Shown: positions 56,869-64,000 of the stretch, piece by piece
How positions within the stretch are numbered: position 1 is the stretch's first letter
Layout: every line of letters begins with the position of its first letter
Assembly: GCA_965228735.1 (NCBI GenBank)
Contig: OZ245838.1
Coordinates: 4,832,001-4,896,000 of the forward strand
From: Planctomycetota bacterium
GTDB lineage: Bacteria > Planctomycetota > UBA1135 > UBA2386
Length of the DNA: 64,000 nt
Direction of reading: 5' to 3'
The notes under the pieces: model-generated
What the model saw: the letters and a program-made list of their open reading frames with translations, nothing else
Database searches by the model: none
Told to the model about the DNA's origin: nothing
Position numbers and translations under genes: made by a program

Positions 56869-57588
56869 ATGGGAAGGAGCCAGTGGAGCTTTGTCTGTCT
56901 GTCCGGCCTCTTGGCGGCCTGCGCCGCGGCGCCGGAACCGGCCGCGCCCGTTCGCGCCGAACGCGCGCAGCCGATGCCGGTGGCGTCATCGCCGGCGCGG
57001 CAATCGGTCGAACGCGAAACCGTTCCGGCCCGACCGGCCGGTGAGACGGCGCGAGTGATGCAGCCCGAGCGTGCGGCGCCGGCGTTGCCCGAGCGCATGG
57101 AACCGAATCGCGTCGAGCCGGGCCGCGTCGAACCGGAGCGTGCCGAGCCCGATCGCGCGGCGGTCGCCCCGCAGTCGAGCGAGCAGCTGACCCCGAGCGC
57201 GGGCGGTGACGTCACGCTCGGTGAGGCGGGACTGCCGACCGGCGATTCGCTGCAGCCCGTGGGCCGCCAGTACGCGCGCACCGGGACGATCGAACACCAG
57301 TGGCGCAAGAACGGCGGCCACCGCACGAGCGTCGCGTTCACGCTGTCGTTCAGCGCCGAGCCAGGCCAGCTCGAAGCCGCCCGGGTCGCGGTCGAGGACA
57401 ACTGGAGCGAAGCGGTCGAGCGGGCGCAGGGCATCTGTGAGCTCGTCGATCTGACGAGCGAGACGGGGCGCTTCCAGTGCGAGGCCGTGCTGCGTCAGCG
57501 CCTGAGCGACGTGTTCTTCACGACGACCGACGGCAAGCAGCTGGGCCGTGTCGAGCGGGTCATCTGGGATCGCCTGACCTGGCGCTGA
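56869..57588 (+). CDS. Lipoprotein with Pro/Glu-rich linker and FliL-like C-terminal domain
   Basis: LAAC lipobox, EPxRx repeats, C-terminal LTSETGR...LRQRL...VERVIW. Confidence 0.5.
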   Translation: MGRSQWSFVCLSGLLAACAAAPEPAAPVRAERAQPMPVASSPARQSVERETVPARPAGETARVMQPERAAPALPERMEPNRVEPGRVEPERAEPDRAAVAPQSSEQLTPSAGGDVTLGEAGLPTGDSLQPVGRQYARTGTIEHQWRKNGGHRTSVAFTLSFSAEPGQLEAARVAVEDNWSEAVERAQGICELVDLTSETGRFQCEAVLRQRLSDVFFTTTDGKQLGRVERVIWDRLTWR

Positions 57589-57600
57589 ACGCGCGCGGCG

Positions 57601-58125
57601 CTACCAGCGCTCGCGCCGTCGCAGTTCGGTGATGTGTGCGACGTGGTGGCGGCCGTGCCACGCGTACGTCGCGACGTAGTCGTCGAGCGTCTTCAGGCCG
57701 TCCTCGCTGTGCGTCGACCGCTTGCCGAACACGGCGGGCTTCTGCGTCGACAGACAGTGCGCAAGCCGCTGGTGCACCGACTGCACGATGAGCAGGGACG
57801 CGCCGATCGGCGCCTTGGCGTCGGCCATCTCCGCCCACACCGCCTCGTCGTAGGCCGGGATTCGCGCGTTGGGTTCCGAGATCGTGAGCTTGTGACGGAT
57901 GTAGGCGTTGATGTGGCTGTCGGCGATGTGGTGGACGACCTGCCGCACCGTCCAACCGCCGGGCCGATACCGGGTGTCGAGTTGCGCGTCGTCGAGCCCG
58001 CGCACCGCGTCGTAGAGTCGCGTCGGCAGCGCGGCGATCTCACCGATCGCCGTGTTGCGCTGCTCTGGGGTCAGCGAACCCGTGAGCTCGAGCTGGCCGA
58101 TCGGGTAGCGCAGGTCGGTCTTCAT
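57601..58125 (-). CDS. YfiT/BstA-type DinB family thiol transferase
   Basis: LRYPIG, QLDTRYRPGGWTVRQVVHHIADSH, YAWHGRHHVAHI. Confidence 0.9.
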   Translation of the reverse strand: MKTDLRYPIGQLELTGSLTPEQRNTAIGEIAALPTRLYDAVRGLDDAQLDTRYRPGGWTVRQVVHHIADSHINAYIRHKLTISEPNARIPAYDEAVWAEMADAKAPIGASLLIVQSVHQRLAHCLSTQKPAVFGKRSTHSEDGLKTLDDYVATYAWHGRHHVAHITELRRRERW

Positions 58126-58664
58126 ACGTCGCGGTCCTTCGTGGTGTCGGTCGCCGGCTTCACGGTGACGAGCACGACGCCCTGTTCGACGGTGCCGCCG
58201 GTCGCCGTGGTCACGGACTCGACCACGCCGTCGATGCCGGCGGTGAGCTTGTGCTCCATCTTCATCGCCGACAGCACGACGAGCGTCTGATCCGCCGTCA
58301 CCCCGTCGCCGGGCGCGCACTGCACTTGCAACACCGTGCCGGTCATCGGCGCGATGATCGTGCCGTCGCCGCCGCCGCCTCCGGCACCCGCGCCGCGCCC
58401 GCTCGGCGGCGCGAGCGTGTGCGTCCGGCCGTCGACCCGGACAATGAACTGCTTGCCGGCCGGCGCGCCGAACGCGATCGCCGTCGCCGTCGTCGCGGCG
58501 CCGTCGTCGAGCCGCGAGAGCAGCAACGCGCCGCCCGGTCCCGGCCGCGCGGAAAACTCGTGCACCGCGTCGCCGACGCGCACGCGCCAGCGATCGCCGT
58601 CGACGTGCTCGGCCGTGACCTGCACCGCCTCGCCGTCGCGAGTGAACTCCTTGCGCAGCTTCAT
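58122..58664 (-). CDS. Biotin carboxyl carrier protein (BT + biotinyl domain)
   Basis: APMTG, AMKME biotinylation site. Confidence 0.88.
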   Translation of the reverse strand: MKLRKEFTRDGEAVQVTAEHVDGDRWRVRVGDAVHEFSARPGPGGALLLSRLDDGAATTATAIAFGAPAGKQFIVRVDGRTHTLAPPSGRGAGAGGGGGDGTIIAPMTGTVLQVQCAPGDGVTADQTLVVLSAMKMEHKLTAGIDGVVESVTTATGGTVEQGVVLVTVKPATDTTKDRDV

Positions 58665-60199
58665 GACCGCCCTCCGAACGTTCGGAAGCCCGCGAGCTCC
58701 TGCCAGATCGCCGTTGCTTGCCCAGCGCCGCTGCCCGCAGCTGCCGTGGCGTTGCCCGAGCTCCCTGCCGGCGTGATCGCCTGCGTGAGCACGGCGGCCG
58801 CGAGCGCGAGATCGTCCGGTTCTTCACCGGTGCCCTTCGCGAGCTCCGGCCGCTGATCGAGCATGCTCGTGCTGATCTGGAACGTGCGGAACGCCTCGTC
58901 GTCGACGATGCGGCGCAGGAAGTCGACGTTCGTCGGGATGCCGAGGTAGGCGCTGGCTCCGAGCGCCCGACTCAGCCGTTCGCACGCGAGCTCGCGCGTC
59001 GGCGCCCAGACGATGAGCTTGGCGAGCATCGAGTCGTAGTGCACCGGCACGGTCCAGTCGGTGTAGACGCCGCTGTCGACGCGGATGCCGGGGCCCGTCG
59101 GTTCGTGCACGAGCGTGAGCTTGCCCGCGGCGGGCAGGTAGCCCTGCTCGGGCGACTCGGCGCAGATGCGGGCCTCGATCGCGTGGCCGCGCGGCGTCAG
59201 GTCCTTGCCCGCGAGCATCTCCGTCACGTCACCGCCGGCCGCCGCATGGACCTGCAGGTGCACGAGGTCGACCCCGGTCACGAGCTCCGTGACGGGGTGC
59301 TCGACCTGCAGTCGCGTGTTGACCTCGAGGAAGTAGAAGTTGCCCTGGTCGTCGAGCAGGAACTCGCACGTGCCGGCGTTGTCGTAGCCGACGCGCTGAC
59401 AGAGCGCGATCGCGGCCTCACCCATGCGTCGCCGCAGATCCTCGTCGACGACCGCGGACGGCGCCTCCTCGAGCACCTTCTGGTGCCGACGTTGCACCGA
59501 GCACTCGCGCTCGTGAAGTGAGACGACGTTGCCGTGCTTGTCGCCGATGACCTGGATCTCGATGTGGCGTGCCGGCAGCACCGCGCGTTCGAGGATCATC
59601 CGGTCGTCGCCGAACGACGCCTTGGCCTCGCGCCGGCTCGCCGCGATCGCGTCCGCGAGGTCGTCCTCGTCGTCGACCCGCCGCATGCCCTTGCCGCCGC
59701 CGCCCGCGCTGGCCTTGACCATCACGGGCATGCCGATCTTCTTGCCGAACGCCACGAGCTCGTCGTCGCTCAGGTCCTTCTCGGTGCCCGGGATCACCGG
59801 CACGCCAGCGGCGATCGCCTCCTCGCGCGCCTGCTTCTTGCTGCCGAGCCGCTCCATCGCCTCGGGGTTGGGCCCGAGGAACGTGAGTCCCGCGTCCTGC
59901 GCGGCCCGGACGAACGCGGCGTTCTCGCTGAGAAAACCGTAGCCCGGGTGGATCGCGTCGGCGCCCGTCGCCTTGGCGGCCGCGAGCACCTTGTCGAAGT
60001 CGAGGTAGCTCTCGGCCGCGGTCTCGCCGCCGATCGAAACGACGTGATCGGCCGCGAGCACGTGGGCGCAGCGGGCGTCGACGTCACTGTGAATCGCGAC
60101 GGACTCGATGCCGAGCTCGCGCAGGCCGCGGGCCACTCGGACCGCGATCTCACCGCGGTTGCTGATCAGCACGCGCCGGAACGGAGGGTTCTTGGCCAT
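58661..60199 (-). CDS. Biotin carboxylase subunit of an acyl-CoA carboxylase
   Basis: NRGEIA, IHPGYGFLSEN, GGGGKGMR, ERECSVQRRHQK, EVNTRLQVEHPVTE, YDSMLAK. Confidence 0.95.
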   Translation of the reverse strand: MAKNPPFRRVLISNRGEIAVRVARGLRELGIESVAIHSDVDARCAHVLAADHVVSIGGETAAESYLDFDKVLAAAKATGADAIHPGYGFLSENAAFVRAAQDAGLTFLGPNPEAMERLGSKKQAREEAIAAGVPVIPGTEKDLSDDELVAFGKKIGMPVMVKASAGGGGKGMRRVDDEDDLADAIAASRREAKASFGDDRMILERAVLPARHIEIQVIGDKHGNVVSLHERECSVQRRHQKVLEEAPSAVVDEDLRRRMGEAAIALCQRVGYDNAGTCEFLLDDQGNFYFLEVNTRLQVEHPVTELVTGVDLVHLQVHAAAGGDVTEMLAGKDLTPRGHAIEARICAESPEQGYLPAAGKLTLVHEPTGPGIRVDSGVYTDWTVPVHYDSMLAKLIVWAPTRELACERLSRALGASAYLGIPTNVDFLRRIVDDEAFRTFQISTSMLDQRPELAKGTGEEPDDLALAAAVLTQAITPAGSSGNATAAAGSGAGQATAIWQELAGFRTFGGRS

Positions 60200-60345
60200 C
60201 TTGGGGGGGCAGACAATAGCGGTGGCGTCGGGCGATCGGCAGTCGAATCAGCGCGCCGAAAACCACGCGCAGAAAAGTGTGGCTCACCGTGCATCCCCGC
60301 GTCCGCCCGCGGGGTGATCGGGAGTGATACCTTCGGACGCACCGA

Positions 60346-62661
60346 ATGACTCCGCAGCAGCTGATCGCCCAGACCGTCGCCCGTGAGCTTCAGGCCAACG
60401 CCGAGGCGTTGCGTGCCCTCGCGCGCGACCTCGTCGGCGCGGCCGATGCGTCGGACCTGGTCCAGGAGACCGCGCTGCGCGCCCTGCGATCGCCCCCCGC
60501 GCAGCCGTATGGTCTGGCCGGCTGGTTGCGCACGACGTTGCGCAACCTCGCCGGCAACCATCACCGCGCGAACCGGCGGCGCCGCGTGCGCGAGAGCGTC
60601 GTGGCCAGGACGGCAGCTCAGGGCGGCGCCCCGAGCGCGGCCGATCTCGCGGAGCGCCGCGATGTCCTGCGCGGGGTCACGGACCGGCTCTGGCAGCTGC
60701 CCGAGCCGTACCAGCGCACGCTGCTGTGGCGCTACTTCGAGAGCCTGACGCCGACTGCGATCGCAGCGCGTGAGGGTGTTCCGGTTGCGACCGTGAAGAG
60801 TCGACTGCGGCGCGGGCTCGCGCTGCTGCGGGCCGAATGCGATCGCGCCGATGGCGGTCGCTGGCGCGCCGTTCTGCCGATCGCGTGCAGCGCGTTCCCG
60901 CACGCGGGTCGCCTCGCCGCCACCCTCGCGTTGCTCATGACCCCGACCCTCAAGCTGTTCGGTTCTGCCGTCGCCGTCGCCGCGACGGCCGCGCTGTGTC
61001 TGTTCCTGATCGACAACGACGTCGAACCGCCGGTCGTCGAAGAGCAGAGCGCGGTCGCGCCGGGTCCGGCGGCGAGCGCGGTGCAGCGGGTCGAACGCGA
61101 GCCGGCCATGGTGTCGGATGCCGTGGGCGAGACCGCCGGGCCCGCGCCCGTCCTCGAGCACGAGCACGTGTTTCGGCTGCTGTGCCGTGTCGTCGATCGC
61201 GATGGGCTGCCGATCCGCGGGGGTCAGGTCGTCGTCGGACCGCGGCGCGGGCCGCACAACGTCTTCGGCCGCACGGACAGGGACGGGTACGTCGAGATCG
61301 AATGGCGCGGCCGGCGGTCCAAGTGCGAGATCGGCGTCGGGCTCGTCTATCAGGGTCACGCGCAGTCGCTGCAGTACTTCCGGATCGTCGCGGGCGACCG
61401 GCGGCGGAACGAGATCACGCTGCTCGCCGAGTCCGGCGGCGACGGTGCTGTGTGCATGGCGGCCGTGAGGGTGCCGAGCACGACTTGCACCGCGTGCCAC
61501 AAGGGCCCGTCGTTCCCCGACGTGTTCGAGCGCTATCGGCCCGCGCATGCCGGGCTGCATCCGCACAGCCGGTTCATCGATCGGCTCGGGATCACGTTGA
61601 AGAGCGGGCCGAACGAGTCCGTCGACGACATGGGCGCCTACGAGGTGACGAGCGAGGAGCCGCCGCCGCCGCCGCCGCACCTCGGTCGCGTCACGGGTCG
61701 CGTCTTCGACGACCGCGGACAGCCGGTCGGCGGCGCCACCGTGATCTACCGGCGCGAGACGGGCGGCATCGCGGGTCGCGCGCGAACGCTCGGCGACGGC
61801 ACCTATGAGTTCAAGCACCTCGCGCCCGGCAAACTCGTCGTGCGAGCCGGCGGCGGCAGTTCGGGCATCGGCGAGGTCGACGCCGTGGTCGTGGCCGGGC
61901 AGGTCACGACGCGCGATGTCACGCTCGCGCGCGGTCTCGAGATCACCGGGCGCGTCGTGCTACCCGAGGGCGAGTCGCCGAGCGGCTGGCGGGTCGAGTT
62001 CGAGTCGACGCGCAGCGCCTACCGCGACGCCGCGCTCGTCGAGCCGGACGGGGAATTCGCGCTCGCCAACGTGCCGTCGGGCGTCGTCGGTCAGCTGCTG
62101 CTCTGGGGTCCACCCAGGTGCCGCCTGCCCGTCGCCGTCACGCCGTCGATCCGGCCCGGCGCGCGCGACATCGTGTTCGACGTCGCGCTCACGGGCATGC
62201 CGACGGGCGAGATCCGCGTGCCGCTCGACCCGATGCGCAACGACGCGGTCTTCGTGTGGCATCCCGAGAGCGGCCGCGGTGCCGGCGCGGTGCGCGACGC
62301 GGAGGGCAACTGCAGCCTCACCGGGCTCGCACCCGGGCACTACGAGGTGACGGTCGGGCGGCACGATCTCGGCCGGCACTGGATCGACGGCGCGGGCGCG
62401 ATCGAACTCGGCGTCGCGACGCTGCCGGCCACCGGCGTGCTCGTGCGTGGTGCGGGCGTGCCGCTCGGCGTGGAGCTCTACCACCGGCAGCAGGACGTCG
62501 ACGTGCGCGCCGCGATCTACCCCGACAACTGGGAGAAGGTGCAGCTGCCGCACGGCCGATGGCTCGCGATGTGGGGCGAGGCCGAGGCGCCGCACGTGCT
62601 CGAGTTCTCGATCGGGCAACGCGAGGAAACGGTGCTCACGATCGCGCCGACGCCGCGCTGA
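60346..62661 (+). CDS. ECF sigma factor fused via TM to carboxypeptidase-regulatory-like domains, with a CxxCH motif
   Basis: DLVQET, ATVKSRLRRGL; TM AVAVAATAALCLFLI; CTACH at 61486-61500; GRVFDDRGQPVGGA repeats. Confidence 0.82.
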   Translation: MTPQQLIAQTVARELQANAEALRALARDLVGAADASDLVQETALRALRSPPAQPYGLAGWLRTTLRNLAGNHHRANRRRRVRESVVARTAAQGGAPSAADLAERRDVLRGVTDRLWQLPEPYQRTLLWRYFESLTPTAIAAREGVPVATVKSRLRRGLALLRAECDRADGGRWRAVLPIACSAFPHAGRLAATLALLMTPTLKLFGSAVAVAATAALCLFLIDNDVEPPVVEEQSAVAPGPAASAVQRVEREPAMVSDAVGETAGPAPVLEHEHVFRLLCRVVDRDGLPIRGGQVVVGPRRGPHNVFGRTDRDGYVEIEWRGRRSKCEIGVGLVYQGHAQSLQYFRIVAGDRRRNEITLLAESGGDGAVCMAAVRVPSTTCTACHKGPSFPDVFERYRPAHAGLHPHSRFIDRLGITLKSGPNESVDDMGAYEVTSEEPPPPPPHLGRVTGRVFDDRGQPVGGATVIYRRETGGIAGRARTLGDGTYEFKHLAPGKLVVRAGGGSSGIGEVDAVVVAGQVTTRDVTLARGLEITGRVVLPEGESPSGWRVEFESTRSAYRDAALVEPDGEFALANVPSGVVGQLLLWGPPRCRLPVAVTPSIRPGARDIVFDVALTGMPTGEIRVPLDPMRNDAVFVWHPESGRGAGAVRDAEGNCSLTGLAPGHYEVTVGRHDLGRHWIDGAGAIELGVATLPATGVLVRGAGVPLGVELYHRQQDVDVRAAIYPDNWEKVQLPHGRWLAMWGEAEAPHVLEFSIGQREETVLTIAPTPR

Positions 62662-62714
62662 CGCGCGGTCTCTGCTTGCGCCCGCGCGCCTTCCGGGCGA
62701 CTGTGGCGGGCCGC

Positions 62715-63908
62715 ATGACCGAGCCTCGGCCGATCGACGATTCCAGCGCCGCGGATCGGCCAGCAGCCGCGACCGCGCGGCCGCGCCGGCGCCGCGGGCT
62801 GCGCTTCTACGTGGTGTTCGCGCTGTTCCTGATCGTCTCGACGGTCGTCATCGCCGAGGTCGCGCTGCGGATCTACAACCCGCTGCGTTGGCCGCTCGAG
62901 GACATGCGCGGGTTCTATCGCCTCGACGCGCAGGATCGCATCGAGACCGTACCGGGCTGGGAAGGCGCGCAGTTCGTCGAGGGCAAGCCGGTGCCGGTGC
63001 ACATGAACGCGCTCGGGCTGCGCGGTCCCGAGCTCGGACCGAAGCGACCCGGCGAGAAGCGCGTCCTGATGGTCGGCGACAGCTACGTCTGGGGGCAGGG
63101 CGTCGTCGACGACGCGACCGTGCCCGCGCGCCTGCAGGAGCTGCTGCGCGCGGACGGTCACGACGTGACGGTCGGCAACGCCGGCATGTTCGGCGCGGGG
63201 CCGCGCGAATGGGGCTACACGGTCGCGCGCCATCGCGACTCGTTCCAACCCGACGCGGTCGTCGCCGTGCTCTACGTCGGCAACGACATCCAGAACAGCA
63301 TCATGGACCCCTTGAGCGTCGTCGACGGCTGGCTCATGGCGTCCGGCACCGCGGAGCTGCGCGAGTCGTGGCGCTTCCGGCTGCGGGTCTGGTCGCGCCT
63401 CTGGGACACGATCGAGAAGCTCACGGCGAAGAAGCGGCTCGACGACATGGTGCTCGAGAAGCTCGCCACGCTGCAATCCGACGCGCCGTGCCGCATCGAC
63501 GAGGGCGTCTTCCTGGATCGCGATCCGGCGCAGGATGCGAGCGCGCCGTTCTTGGGCAAGGTCGAGGGCATCCTCGCCGGCTTCTTCGCGGAGTTCACCG
63601 CGGCGACGAAGGGTCTGCCGACGATCGTCGTGATCGTGCCGGCGTATCGCGTGGTGAATCAGGACTACGCGGCGATGGTGCGGGAGTTCGGGCTCGATCC
63701 GAAGCTGCACCAACGCGGGCGCGGGCACGGTCGGCTGCGGCGGCTGCTCGAGGCCGACGGGCACACCGTCGTCGATCTCGCGGACCGGTTCTTCGGCGCG
63801 GACGACCGCCGCGAGCTCTTCTTGAAGACCGACTGGCACTTCTCGGCGCAGGGTTGCCGCCGCGTCGCGACCTGGCTGCAGCCGGCGGTCGAGGAGTTGT
63901 TGCAGTGA
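62715..63908 (+). CDS. Membrane-anchored SGNH/GDSL hydrolase
   Basis: N-terminal TM; MVGDSYVWG, NAG, YVGND, TDWHF. Confidence 0.8.
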   Translation: MTEPRPIDDSSAADRPAAATARPRRRRGLRFYVVFALFLIVSTVVIAEVALRIYNPLRWPLEDMRGFYRLDAQDRIETVPGWEGAQFVEGKPVPVHMNALGLRGPELGPKRPGEKRVLMVGDSYVWGQGVVDDATVPARLQELLRADGHDVTVGNAGMFGAGPREWGYTVARHRDSFQPDAVVAVLYVGNDIQNSIMDPLSVVDGWLMASGTAELRESWRFRLRVWSRLWDTIEKLTAKKRLDDMVLEKLATLQSDAPCRIDEGVFLDRDPAQDASAPFLGKVEGILAGFFAEFTAATKGLPTIVVIVPAYRVVNQDYAAMVREFGLDPKLHQRGRGHGRLRRLLEADGHTVVDLADRFFGADDRRELFLKTDWHFSAQGCRRVATWLQPAVEELLQ

Positions 63909-64000
63909 GCGCCACCCGCCAGGCCGGCGAGGCCGAGCCGGAGATCGATGCGCTCGGACGGTTCGCGACCGTCGGGTTGCGGATCCTGCGCGGGTTCGCG

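Overview
High-GC bacterial DNA. Gene content points to Planctomycetota (inference): WPxWRGP-type PQQ beta-propellers, a sulfatase, and ECF sigma factors fused to long extracytoplasmic extensions. It holds about 58 protein genes or gene remnants. No rRNA, tRNA, CRISPR array or transposase was recognised. The main hidden signal is selenocysteine recoding. Two genes that the ORF track splits in two are single reading frames interrupted by an in-frame UGA at a redox-Cys position, each followed by a SECIS-like hairpin whose loop starts after an 18-nt spacer. One is an AhpD-like peroxidase (C-H-Y-U, 5841-6395 +). The other is an exported thioredoxin-fold protein resembling the catalytic region of animal selenoprotein N (G-C-T-U, 22709-23866 -). 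The second gene is co-oriented with a selenium-associated YedE transporter 2.3 kb downstream. It is head-to-head with a bufferin-type MNIO (DUF692/DUF2063) RiPP operon whose precursor looks like a lipoprotein with four 3-Cys repeats. Other notable items: a membrane-anchored ECF sigma factor with an extracytoplasmic CxxCH motif, a ferritin-like DUF455 + ATP-grasp + CPBP cassette, a type II secretion/pilus operon broken at a (CG)9 tract, and several deletion-type gene remnants. All family assignments come from motif recognition by eye; no searches were run.
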